Notes: a model not told the origin generated them from the letters alone. Shown: positions 27,715 through 37,448, counted from the stretch's first letter. The stretch is DNA of 53,009 nt from Pseudomonadota bacterium (GCA_018823005.1 JAHJJB010000172.1:1-53009), one strand, 5' to 3'. Made by a program: numbers and translations.

Positions 27715-29268
27715 TTAAATTGCTCTGTTAACAGAATTGACCGAAGGAAAAAGCGAAAGATTTGTGTGAGGGATAAATCTGGCGGCAGAAAACCGGTTCA
27801 TGAAATCCTGGTTTACATTCAATTCGATATAAGTGACGCTGTTTCTGATAGCCTCTATTTCATCAATTAATCTGTGGTTTTTAAGAAGCATGGAGGCGCC
27901 TTCAAGAGAGCTGTTTCCTATCGACTTATAGGTGCCCTCAGGGAGATCCGGCATCATTCCGATGGTAATGGCTGAGCGGGGATTGATGAGGGAGCCGAAA
28001 GTGCCGGCCACATAAAACGTGGAGAGCTCTGAAAGAGAAACCCCGACATAGGAAGCAATTGTTTCAAGGATTGTATACATGGCTGCCTTAGATCTTATGA
28101 GACTGTCAAGATCGGCCTGGCTTATGGTGAGATCAAAACCTTCAAAAGATTCTTCTGCATAAACCAGGATGAAGTGTTTTACCCCGTCTTTTTCAATCAA
28201 TCTTGTTCCGCATGCGTCAAAAACAAATTTTCCTTTTATGTCTATCATGCCGGAGATAAAAAGTGCTGCTGCAAGGTCAATAAGGCCTGAGCCGCAGATG
28301 CCCCTGGGGGAAAGGCCTTCTATTGTACGAATTGAAAAAAGCCCGGTTTCTGAATCCACGGATACCCTGTCGATTACTCCGGGACCCGCCATCATGCCCA
28401 TCTTTGTGACCCCGCCTTCGAGAGCAGGGCCGGCGGCACCGGCGCAGGCAACCAGCCAGTTTTTATTCCCGAGGACAACTTCGGCATTTGTCCCGACATC
28501 AACGAGGATAGATGTATTATCGCCGCGGTATAGGTCCGAATATAAAATCCCGGCAACAAGGTCTCCGCCAAAATAACTTCCTGTGTTCGGGAAGATAAAA
28601 ACTCTGGCCGATTTATTTACTTTTATTCCCAGCTCGCGGGCGCTGACACAGCCTGGTCTGTTTGTGACTGGGATGTACGGCTCCCGGATAATCCAGCGGG
28701 GATTCAACCCAAGAAAGAGATGGGTCATTGATGTATTTCCTGCCACGGAAAGAAGGTATATGTCGGAAGGTTCGATTTTGCAGGATTTGCATAGTTCTGC
28801 TATGGCCCGGTTCAACTCTTCAATTATCAGCCTGTTCAGTTCGCAGAGCCCCTCATCTTTTTCGGCAAAATGGAGCCTCGTAAGAATATCAGGCCCGATT
28901 GATATCTGGGTATTGGTGAAAGAGCTTTCAGCCAAAGCAAGACCGGTTGAAAGATCAAGTAATCTTAATACAACGGTGGTTGTGCCAAGATCGACCGCAA
29001 GGCCGGTTAACCTGTCCGTATCATCGGCGGATATTCCGGAAAGGCGCCATTTTTTATGATCTTTAAAAAGGACGCAGCGTAAATTGTAATTACCCTTTCT
29101 GAGCAGCTCCGGGAGATTTACAAGAACAGACAGGTCGATATCGACCATTTCCGTTTTGAGAATGGCCATTAACGCTCTTTCCAACCTGTCCGCGTCCGCA
29201 GTGTTGTCTTCAAGGGAAGGGGGAGTGACGGAGACTCTTTTTATCCAGCCGTTAGCAAGTTCAGACAT
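27715..29268 (-). CDS. ASKHA-domain ATPase (RACo/AcsV/DUF4445-like corrinoid reactivator) lacking the N-terminal 2Fe-2S domain
   Basis: AVDLGTTT, GNTSMTHLF, GGD, DVGTNAEV, AGPALEG, GICGSG, AGTFG, IGNSSL. Confidence 0.9.
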   Translation of the reverse strand: MSELANGWIKRVSVTPPSLEDNTADADRLERALMAILKTEMVDIDLSVLVNLPELLRKGNYNLRCVLFKDHKKWRLSGISADDTDRLTGLAVDLGTTTVVLRLLDLSTGLALAESSFTNTQISIGPDILTRLHFAEKDEGLCELNRLIIEELNRAIAELCKSCKIEPSDIYLLSVAGNTSMTHLFLGLNPRWIIREPYIPVTNRPGCVSARELGIKVNKSARVFIFPNTGSYFGGDLVAGILYSDLYRGDNTSILVDVGTNAEVVLGNKNWLVACAGAAGPALEGGVTKMGMMAGPGVIDRVSVDSETGLFSIRTIEGLSPRGICGSGLIDLAAALFISGMIDIKGKFVFDACGTRLIEKDGVKHFILVYAEESFEGFDLTISQADLDSLIRSKAAMYTILETIASYVGVSLSELSTFYVAGTFGSLINPRSAITIGMMPDLPEGTYKSIGNSSLEGASMLLKNHRLIDEIEAIRNSVTYIELNVNQDFMNRFSAARFIPHTNLSLFPSVNSVNRAI

Positions 29269-30046
29269 TTTTTATGCTCTGCATGAGACGTTCTACTTCA
29301 GCAACGATTTCTTTTATAATTTTCCCGGCATTCCCCCTGATCAGGTAGTTACTTATGCTTCCTGTAAGAGGGGTGCTTTCCGGATTAATTTCAATTACAA
29401 TGGCTCCCGATTCTTTTGCTATGACAGGCATGTATGCTGCCGGCTGGACAAGCGCGGATGTTCCTATAACCAGCATTATATCGCATTCATAAGAAACTTT
29501 TCGTGAACGCATAAGGTGTTCAGGCGGTATCATTTCACCGAAGAAAACGCAGTCCGGCCTTAAAATTCCTCCGCAGGAACATTTGGGGGGAATCTCATTC
29601 AGGGATATTTTGAAAGTCTCGATTTTTTTTCCGCAATCAAGGCATTTCTGCCATGCAAAGTTGCCATGAAATTCTATAACGTCGCTGTTTCCTGCCATCT
29701 GGTGAAGCCCATCAACATTCTGGGTGATAATTACGTTCAGTATGCCAAGCTTTTCAAGTTTTGACAAACCCTTATGCGCGTCGTTCGGTCTGGCTTTGTC
29801 TACAATATCTTTCATCTCCCTTATAAGAATGTTCCAGACTTTTGCGGGATCCCTCAAAAAGGCGTCAATATGTGCAAATTCCATGGGATCAATCTTTTCC
29901 CATAATCCACCCTCGCCGCGAAAAGGCGGGATGCCGCTTTCAACCGAAACACCCGCACCTGTGAGAGCAATAACTTTATTTGAACCTGCAATGTCTTTAG
30001 CTGCTTTTTTAATTAGATCTTCCATAATAATGTTCTCTGTTTTCAT
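29261..30046 (-). CDS. cobB: NAD-dependent protein deacylase (sirtuin)
   Basis: TGAGVSVESGIPPFR, TQNVDGLH, HG, CxxC...CxC, RPDCVFFGE, GTS. Confidence 0.93.
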   Translation of the reverse strand: MKTENIIMEDLIKKAAKDIAGSNKVIALTGAGVSVESGIPPFRGEGGLWEKIDPMEFAHIDAFLRDPAKVWNILIREMKDIVDKARPNDAHKGLSKLEKLGILNVIITQNVDGLHQMAGNSDVIEFHGNFAWQKCLDCGKKIETFKISLNEIPPKCSCGGILRPDCVFFGEMIPPEHLMRSRKVSYECDIMLVIGTSALVQPAAYMPVIAKESGAIVIEINPESTPLTGSISNYLIRGNAGKIIKEIVAEVERLMQSIKNV

Positions 30047-31131
30047 ACCGTCAGGTGTTTCACCAAATGTTCCAATTTTTCTTTTTGTTCCTGTGTCAGC
30101 TTATCGAATTTCAGTTCCGCCCCGCGTGGATTTATGCCTGCAACCTTTGCATTTGCCATGATTGAGTATTTCCCATTTATGTCTGAAACCGTTAAAACAA
30201 CTTTCTGACCGGCAGTAAAGAATTCTGCTGTTTCAACAAACAGGCCCGCCGTAGTTATCTTTCTCACCAAAACCCTTCCGGAAAAATCTTCTGTGTCATA
30301 TTCAACGACCACAGGCTGCACGGATTCCTGTTCCGTGCCGAAACTTGCATTTGAGTTTCCGGTTACCTGCCGGGATCCGGGAGCTTCCAATATTTTCAGA
30401 ATAATTATTGTTATATTGTCATCCCCTCCGCGTTCATTTGCAAGGTCAACAAGAATCCGGCACGCTTCTGCCGGCGGGTTGCTTTTGACAATATCCGCTA
30501 TTTCTTCAGGTTTTACCTTGTCACTAAGGCCATCGGAACAAAGAACAACTATATCGCCGGTTATAGGCGTGATTTCACGAAAATCCGGGTCTACACTTTC
30601 CTTGTTTCCCATTGCCCTGGTTATCGTGTGTCTGAATTTGTCAGAGAGGGCTTTTGAGCCCGCCGGTGCAAAAGCCTCATATTCGGCCATTGCAGTGTGA
30701 GGAACCGACAGGAGGCTGACTTCCTCTTTCCGGATAAGATAAATCGGGCTGTCTCCCACATTTGCCGCAATAAGGGTATCAGGGGTCAGGAAAACGGCTG
30801 ATACTGTTGCCCCCATTCCTCTATATTCTTTTACTTTTTTTGATAAGTCGTGAACCAGCCGGTTTGCTTCAATGATGCTTGAATCAAGCCATGCAGCCTC
30901 TTTCGAAAGATTATGAGGTCCGATATTATTATCTGAAATAATTCCGCCTGCATATTCGTTCATCATCTTTTGTATGGTCTCTGCAACTATTTTACTTGCT
31001 ACTTCGCCGGCCTGATGTCCCCCCATTCCATCGGCAACAACATAAAGGCGTAGGCTCTCATCGATGAAATATGAGTCTTCGTTGCCTTTTCTCTTTCTTC
31101 CAACGTTTGTTATTCCTGCAGATTCAACCAT
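30043..31131 (-). CDS. Stp1/PrpC-type PP2C phosphatase with a C-terminal PilZ-like domain
   Basis: NED, VADGMGGH, GDS, CSDGL, DNIT; C-terminal beta-rich PilZ-like region. Start 31131 or 31161. Confidence 0.88.
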   Translation of the reverse strand: MVESAGITNVGRKRKGNEDSYFIDESLRLYVVADGMGGHQAGEVASKIVAETIQKMMNEYAGGIISDNNIGPHNLSKEAAWLDSSIIEANRLVHDLSKKVKEYRGMGATVSAVFLTPDTLIAANVGDSPIYLIRKEEVSLLSVPHTAMAEYEAFAPAGSKALSDKFRHTITRAMGNKESVDPDFREITPITGDIVVLCSDGLSDKVKPEEIADIVKSNPPAEACRILVDLANERGGDDNITIIILKILEAPGSRQVTGNSNASFGTEQESVQPVVVEYDTEDFSGRVLVRKITTAGLFVETAEFFTAGQKVVLTVSDINGKYSIMANAKVAGINPRGAELKFDKLTQEQKEKLEHLVKHLTV

Positions 31132-31241
31132 GGCTTTTTCCCTTTCGGTTGCCAGTCTCATATCTGTAACTTTTCAAAAGAATCATAACAAGAATTCAGA
31201 GTGTTTTGTATAAGAATACAGAAGAAAAACAATACTATGGA

Positions 31242-31274
31242 TATTCCGACTCCTGACTTCTGGCTCCTGTATTC
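31242..31274. repeat. Heptamer tandem array (TCCTGAC-like)
   Basis: ttccgac tcctgac ttctggc tcctgta ttct. Confidence 0.55.
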
Positions 31275-31317
31275 TCATGCTTCGTTGTGCACGCTCCGGG
31301 CATGGCTGTTAGTTTTA

Positions 31318-32577
31318 TCAGGATTTATTTGAAAGACGGTTAACAAGGGTTAAGGCAAATTTTTTTAAAAACAGAAGCTGAATCGCTTCTGAAGCTCTGT
31401 CAAGCATCAAAACATCTATTATCAAAAGAATGCAGTCTGTTTCTGCGACAACCGTGGCGGTTCTGACCTGTCCGCTGATATAGGCCATTTCACCGAAACA
31501 TTCGCCATGCCCTATTACTGAAATGGCTTTTCCGCTCCTCATTATTTTTACTTTACCGCTTAATATGATGTAAAAGGTGTCGTCAATCTGGCCTTCCGTA
31601 ATTATTATCTTCCCTTTAGGGACTTTGCTGATTTTGCTTGATGCTATGAGCTCTTTTATATTGTCATTTGAGAAATTATTGAAAAAAGAGAGGTTGTGCA
31701 TGAAATCGACAACATCCTTGACTCTTTCATTGTCTGCGGTTCCGGCAAGGCCCCTTAAGGCTACCCTCAAATCGTACGCAAGATCCATGCAAGTCTGATA
31801 TCGTTCGTCTTTATTTTTGGCCAGAGCTTTCCGAATTATTTCATCCATAATTTTCGGGAGTTCGGGACGATTATTTACTATCGGCTCTGGGATTTCATTG
31901 TTGATTTTATACATTATGGAGAAATGGTTTTCGCCTCCAAAAGCCTTTGTTCCAGAGAGCATTTCGTAGAGAACACATCCTAAAGAGAATATGTCACTTA
32001 TCCCGGAAACCTGCGAATTATTCAATTGCTCAGGAGACATATAGCTTGGTGTGCCCCAGATCCCCATATCTATCGTTGTCCCGGTAATCCGGGCTATACT
32101 AAAATCTGTTATTTTCGGGGAGAGCGAGGAATCTATCATTATATTTGTTGGCTTTATATCCCTGTGTATCACTTTCTGCTTATGGGCATAATCCATAGCG
32201 ATGCAAACATTTATTATGATTTCAATTATTTTGTTTAAGGGGAGGAGGCTTTCTTTGCGGCAGAATTTTGCAAGAGTGGAACCTTCAATATATTCCATTG
32301 CTATATAACAATAATCTTCATAGACGCCGGCATCATATATTGAAACAATATTGGGATGATGCAGGCGACCGGCAGATTGTGCTTCAATAAAAAAAAAAGA
32401 TCTTTCTTTGTCTGAATTGAGCCTTGACAGTTTAATGGCAACAGGTCTTTGTATATAAGGATCAACACCCATATAAACAACGCCTGAGCTACCCTGCCCG
32501 AGCTTTCCTGTAATTTTATACCTTCCGACTGTATCAAGTCCAATCAGGTCGGGAACAGGTTTGAGGTTATCGTCCAT
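31318..32577 (-). CDS. Hanks-type Ser/Thr kinase fused to a cNMP-binding domain
   Basis: GQGSSG, VAIK, HRDIKPTN, DFS, GTPSYMSPEQ; C-terminal FGEMA...RTATV. Probable start 32577 or 32589. Confidence 0.92.
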   Translation of the reverse strand: MDDNLKPVPDLIGLDTVGRYKITGKLGQGSSGVVYMGVDPYIQRPVAIKLSRLNSDKERSFFFIEAQSAGRLHHPNIVSIYDAGVYEDYCYIAMEYIEGSTLAKFCRKESLLPLNKIIEIIINVCIAMDYAHKQKVIHRDIKPTNIMIDSSLSPKITDFSIARITGTTIDMGIWGTPSYMSPEQLNNSQVSGISDIFSLGCVLYEMLSGTKAFGGENHFSIMYKINNEIPEPIVNNRPELPKIMDEIIRKALAKNKDERYQTCMDLAYDLRVALRGLAGTADNERVKDVVDFMHNLSFFNNFSNDNIKELIASSKISKVPKGKIIITEGQIDDTFYIILSGKVKIMRSGKAISVIGHGECFGEMAYISGQVRTATVVAETDCILLIIDVLMLDRASEAIQLLFLKKFALTLVNRLSNKS

Positions 32578-32653
32578 GATGTTTCCCATATAATGAAAAC
32601 CCTGTACGTGAAAAGTTGCCGGCCCTGGTAAATATGAGAAAAACCAGATCAGA

Positions 32654-33493
32654 TTACAGGATGAAAGCCATATCACACGAAACGCCGAAGCAACCGAGTT
32701 TCTGCCTTTTTTCAGCAGCAGTCTGCCTGCATATTTCAACCAATTTATTCATTTCACTGTCAGATCTTTCCTGATTAAGGTGGAAAAGTCCGAGTTTTTT
32801 TACTCCCGCATCAAAAGCTAAGGAAAGAGCTTGTGAATATGCCGAATGTCCCCATTCCTTATGCCGTTCATATTCTTGAGGAGTGTATTCGGCATCATGA
32901 ACAAGAAGATCGGCTTCAGCAGAAAACTCGATATAAGATTTTACAGGAAGGCCGCCTTTGTGAATAAAGCCGAGTTCATTGTCGGTGAGGAAAATAAAAG
33001 TTTTTCCGTCTTCAGTGAATTTATACCCGCTTCCGTTGTTCGGGTGGCTCAAAGGTATGGGGGTAATCGTTACAGAACCTATTTCAAAGGTGGTCGGGCA
33101 TGCATCGGAATAGGAGATTTTTGCTTTCAAATCAGAGTATCTCACCGGGAAATTGGGGGGGGTCATCACTTTTGAAAGTATTCTCTCAACGAATTTACTG
33201 TGAAACGGGCATTTGTGCATAACTAATTCGGAATTGTTTGAATATAAAGGCTTGAAAAAAGGAAAGCCCATAAGATGATCCCAATGGGCATGGGTAAAAA
33301 TAAAATTGTATTTATGAAGGTTTTCTTCAAGGAGTTGATTGCCGAGTCTCCGGATTCCTGTCCCTGCATCTATAATAATTATATCACCGCTTTTGGCCCT
33401 GATCTCAATACAGGTGGTATCTCCGCCATATTTTAAGTAATCCTTGCCGGAAACGGGAATAGAGCCTCTGGACCCCCAGGATTTAATATACAT
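32654..33493 (-). CDS. MBL-fold hydrolase (RNase Z/cyclic-nucleotide phosphodiesterase-like)
   Basis: WGSRGS, GGDTTC, HAHWDH, HP, DAEY, WGHS; paralog of 14021-14986. Confidence 0.88.
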   Translation of the reverse strand: MYIKSWGSRGSIPVSGKDYLKYGGDTTCIEIRAKSGDIIIIDAGTGIRRLGNQLLEENLHKYNFIFTHAHWDHLMGFPFFKPLYSNNSELVMHKCPFHSKFVERILSKVMTPPNFPVRYSDLKAKISYSDACPTTFEIGSVTITPIPLSHPNNGSGYKFTEDGKTFIFLTDNELGFIHKGGLPVKSYIEFSAEADLLVHDAEYTPQEYERHKEWGHSAYSQALSLAFDAGVKKLGLFHLNQERSDSEMNKLVEICRQTAAEKRQKLGCFGVSCDMAFIL

Positions 33494-33541
33494 TATGATA
33501 ACCTTTCTTAAAACGCATTAGTTTCCGGATAGATACAAAAA

Positions 33542-34369
33542 TTATAAGGTCTTTCCGAAAAAGGTATGCCATATTCCGTTACACTCCCATTTTTGTATTG
33601 TTTTAACAGGAAGCTTTGATAATTGGAAGTCAATTTCTTTCGCTTCGCTTTTTAACAGCCCTGATAATACAAAGCATTTTTTATTCAAAAAACCCTCCGA
33701 CCGGACAAGAACCTTCATGATATCATGATGAATATTAGCTATTAAGAGGTCAGCCTGGAGTTCTATGTAATCCTGTGCCAACCCGCGGACGGGCAGAATC
33801 CTGTCCTGCATCCCGTTTAAAAAGAAGTTTCTTTTGGCTGTATTAACGGCGAGATAATTGATATCGGCAGCAAGAATTTTTTTTGCTCCGAGATATGCTG
33901 CTGCTATTGCGAGAACCCCGGTGCCTGTTCCAAGGTCCACGGCTGATTCAATGTTTTCGTTTGAAAAAGCCAGTTCGAGTGCTTCCATGCAGTCATGTGT
34001 TGTTGGATGAGTTCCTGTGCCAAAAACGACGCCAGGGTCAAGAATGATTTTAATACTTTTGTCAAAATTATCGGAATCTTTCCACGGCGTGGTTATAACA
34101 AACCGGCCTATATTAAGCGGAAAAGGCATTTCGCCCTGCCACTCGTCATATGTCATCTGATAGTTATCTATCAGTCTCAAGCCCGGGTGAGTTAACAGGA
34201 TTTCTTCAATTTTATCGCGGGATGGTGTTTTAAAAAAAAGAAATGAGAAATTGTCTTCTTCCCAGTTCCCTATAAATTCGGCGCCGAAGATTCCATGACC
34301 AGGATTTATACGGCCTTCAAGGTAGTAGATGTAAAGATCCTTGTAAGGATTATCTGCTACCATCTCCAT
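33542..34369 (-). CDS. PrmA-like SAM-dependent protein methyltransferase
   Basis: LDPGVVFGTGTHPTT, DLGTGTGVLAIA, ANI, SGL. Confidence 0.85.
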   Translation of the reverse strand: MEMVADNPYKDLYIYYLEGRINPGHGIFGAEFIGNWEEDNFSFLFFKTPSRDKIEEILLTHPGLRLIDNYQMTYDEWQGEMPFPLNIGRFVITTPWKDSDNFDKSIKIILDPGVVFGTGTHPTTHDCMEALELAFSNENIESAVDLGTGTGVLAIAAAYLGAKKILAADINYLAVNTAKRNFFLNGMQDRILPVRGLAQDYIELQADLLIANIHHDIMKVLVRSEGFLNKKCFVLSGLLKSEAKEIDFQLSKLPVKTIQKWECNGIWHTFFGKTL

Positions 34370-35076
34370 TAGCTGTGTTTGCCGCCCTCATCTTTCGGAT
34401 TTCTGTTTATCTGGTCCATATACCATTCCATCGGATCGAGAAGAGTGTAGCCCATTTTCTGAAGTTTTTTCTTTACAGGGCTTATGTTCTGGGTCAAAAG
34501 GTATGGAAATACCGCGCGCTTTCCTTCATCCCAGTATCTCGCAACAAGAATGCTGCCGAAAGAGACATGCTCCTCTGTAATAGCATCGACGATTTTCTTC
34601 ATCTGTCCTATCTTTTCTTCAACTAGGATACATAAAAGAGTTCCCGGTTCGCCGATTCCGAGAACGTTTACGAAAGCCCTGAGCAAATCATCAACTGAAA
34701 TAATCCCCTTAAGTATTCCCTTTTCATCGACAACAGGGAATGCGCCAACCTTTGTTTTCAGAACGAGCAACAGGACATCCTGAATTGTGTAAGAGAGAGA
34801 AACGGTAACAGGATTTATGGTCATAATATCCTTTACCTTCAGATTGGAGATTTTTTCCTTCTCCTTATCCTCGCAAGCTTCATAATCATGCAGGACATCA
34901 GATGGCAGGGCGCTCCTTATGTCCCGGTCTGTAATTATCCCTATAAGCCTGTTATCCAACTCTATAACGGGAAGATGCCTGATACAGTGTGTGGCCATCT
35001 TATCTTTTGCTTCAAAGATTCCGGCATCTTTACTTACAGTTACAACACTGCTGGTCATTGATTTGCTGACAAACAT
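34369..35076 (-). CDS. acuB: Tandem CBS + ACT domain protein (AcuB-like)
   Basis: IRHLPV...GIITDRDIR, VKDIMT, GIISVDDLL, followed by an ACT-like C-terminus. Start 35076 or 35091. Confidence 0.75.
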   Translation of the reverse strand: MFVSKSMTSSVVTVSKDAGIFEAKDKMATHCIRHLPVIELDNRLIGIITDRDIRSALPSDVLHDYEACEDKEKEKISNLKVKDIMTINPVTVSLSYTIQDVLLLVLKTKVGAFPVVDEKGILKGIISVDDLLRAFVNVLGIGEPGTLLCILVEEKIGQMKKIVDAITEEHVSFGSILVARYWDEGKRAVFPYLLTQNISPVKKKLQKMGYTLLDPMEWYMDQINRNPKDEGGKHS

Positions 35077-35203
35077 ATTAACCTCCAACACACCATTTCT
35101 TGTGCCCTGTTATCAGGTTATATTGAAATGCCACATAAATAAACCTGAATAGTAACACGTTATTTCTTTCCAAGCCGGTATGCAATAACAAACATTTGCA
35201 TTC

Positions 35204-36160
35204 CTAACCTTTTATGTTTAAAAGAATTTCAACGTGGTTTTTTGCAAGCTCTGGAAGTCTTGATAGAGAATATCCACCTTCAAGAACCGAGATAAGTCTT
35301 CCTTTCGCATATTTTTCAGCCATGTCGAAAATCTTTTTCATTATCCAGGAAAATCCTTCAGTAGAAATCTTTATATCCGACATATCATCATCAGCATGAG
35401 CATCAAATCCTGTTGATGTTATAACTGCTTCAGGCTCAAATCTTTCGAATGCAGGCAAAAGATCGTTTTCAATGAGTCTTTTATAGTCTTCATCTCCCCA
35501 TCCGGGCAAGGCCAGAGAATTTTTTGTAAAACCATACCCTTCACCAGTGCCGTATTCGAATTCACGGCCTGTTCCGGGATAGGAAAAGGAAGGATGCTGG
35601 TGAATGGAATAGTAGAAAACTGTCGGATCCTGTTCAAAAATGTGCTGGGTTCCATTCCCATGATGAACATCAAAATCAACAATTATCACCTTTTTAATTC
35701 CCCATTCCTTCTGAACATATTTTGCCGCAATAGCAACATTATTGAAATAGCAAAAACCCATAGCCTTGTTTTTCTCGGCATGATGGCCGGGGGGCCTTAC
35801 AGCACAAAAAACATTGTCCAGATCACCCTTCATTACAAGATCTGCGGCATTTAATATTCCTCCAACTGCAAGAAGGGCTGTTTCAAAAGTAAATGTGCAC
35901 ATCTGGTTGTCCGGATAGTCGAGCATTTTTTTCCCCGCAAAACAAAGCTCCTCGAAGCGGCGGATATAAGATATGTCATGGACGGCCTCGATCCATTTCA
36001 TATCTGCCTGCTTTCCTTTAAGCAGAGTAAGCCTTTCAAGAAGACCGGCTTCTTTTATTCCGTTATAAATGCTTGTTAATCTTTCGGCTACTTCAGGATG
36101 GTAGGGGCCGGTATCGTGGAGCAGGTAAGCTTCATCGTACAAAAAGCCTGTTTTCTTCAT
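35204..36160 (-). CDS. Zn-dependent histone deacetylase family protein (AcuC-like)
   Basis: HPE, RPPGHH, GFC, DFDVHHGNGTQ, GFDAH, LEGGY. Confidence 0.93.
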   Translation of the reverse strand: MKKTGFLYDEAYLLHDTGPYHPEVAERLTSIYNGIKEAGLLERLTLLKGKQADMKWIEAVHDISYIRRFEELCFAGKKMLDYPDNQMCTFTFETALLAVGGILNAADLVMKGDLDNVFCAVRPPGHHAEKNKAMGFCYFNNVAIAAKYVQKEWGIKKVIIVDFDVHHGNGTQHIFEQDPTVFYYSIHQHPSFSYPGTGREFEYGTGEGYGFTKNSLALPGWGDEDYKRLIENDLLPAFERFEPEAVITSTGFDAHADDDMSDIKISTEGFSWIMKKIFDMAEKYAKGRLISVLEGGYSLSRLPELAKNHVEILLNIKG

Positions 36161-36184
36161 ATGTTGTTATATCCTCATATGCAT

Positions 36185-36934
36185 CTATTTGACTATCTTG
36201 TCAAATATTCCAAAAGCAGCTTTTACAACGCTGTTATCATAAGGTAATTCTATTGTCGGACGTCCATTTAAATCATATTCATAAAGAGTCTTATCTTCCG
36301 GAATTGTTCCGGCAAGATTGACCCCTGCTTCCTTAATAATATTCAATATATCTGAAGACGGAAATTCTTTGCACCGGTTGATTATGATGTGGCTTTCACC
36401 AACACCAATTTTCAAATCTCTCGAAAGTTCGTTAATCCTCAACGCTGCCTGAAGCCCCCGCCTTGATGTGTCCGAAACAATAAGGAGGACATCGACATTT
36501 TTTGTGGTAAGCCGGCTGATATGTTCCATTCCGGCCTCATTATCAATGACAATGTAGGGATAATTATCCGTAAGGCGTTCAAGAAAACCGGTTAAGAGTG
36601 TGTTTGCTGCACAGTAGCAGCCCGATCCTTCAGGCTGTCCCATTACGACAAGATCATATCCCGCAGCTTCCACTACAGCCTGCTCAAGCTTCATTGACAT
36701 GAAAACATCTTTGGTCATGCCGCCGGGAACAACCCCTTTTTTCATTTCTTCTCTGGCGTTTCCAAGAGTTTCGTTTACGGATAATCCGAGGACTTCGTTA
36801 AAATTGGCATTGGAATCGGCATCTACTGCAAGGACCGGTGTTTTTCCCCGGGCAGTCAAATATTTTATCAAAAGCCCTGAAATAGTTGTTTTCCCTGTGC
36901 CTCCTTTTCCGGCGAGGGCGATAGAAAAAGACAT
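36185..36934 (-). CDS. cooC: CO dehydrogenase/acetyl-CoA synthase Ni-insertion ATPase (CooC/AcsF)
   Basis: GKGGTGKTT, DAD, GCYC Ni-binding motif, DNEAGMEH. Confidence 0.9.
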   Translation of the reverse strand: MSFSIALAGKGGTGKTTISGLLIKYLTARGKTPVLAVDADSNANFNEVLGLSVNETLGNAREEMKKGVVPGGMTKDVFMSMKLEQAVVEAAGYDLVVMGQPEGSGCYCAANTLLTGFLERLTDNYPYIVIDNEAGMEHISRLTTKNVDVLLIVSDTSRRGLQAALRINELSRDLKIGVGESHIIINRCKEFPSSDILNIIKEAGVNLAGTIPEDKTLYEYDLNGRPTIELPYDNSVVKAAFGIFDKIVK

Positions 36935-36970
36935 ATCCTATTAATTCCTTTATATAATTTTATCGTGCAC

Positions 36971-37070
36971 TGAAACAGCGATCTAATTGAAGCAACCCGC
37001 AGCAAGCTGCGGGTAATCTTCGACCGTAAGGAATTTTATATAGTTTTAATCTGCTCGCTATTGCAGTTCA
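36971..37070. repeat. Hairpin repeat, IS200/IS605-end-like, copy 2
   Basis: Core hairpin ACCCGCAGC-AA-GCTGCGGGT followed by AATCTTCGACCGTAAGGA; similar to 26439-26480. Confidence 0.55.
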
Positions 37071-37448
37071 AAGCTGTAGGGGAATATTAAATCTGATGAC
37101 AATTTTAGGGTACTTAAGATAGATAAAACAAACAGTCAAGCAACTTTTTAGCATACAATTAACAGAACGGCCTAACTGTTCAATATCGCAAGGAAAGGCT
37201 TAAACTCCTTGCAAAAGAAAATACCGTATGTTAAGGAATAACAACTTGTATAAATTATAAAAACTTAAGAATCATCTCAGGATTAGTCGATGGAGTTGGA
37301 TGATTCGGGAGTCAGCGATTCCGGAATCCAAATGAAATGTAAGGGGAATTCAAACCGCTGAATGACGGGGGAAATTGTTAACAAAGCGGTTGCAAAAGTT
37401 CATGATATTAACATCAACAGATAACAAATTATCAGGAGGGTATCACAG

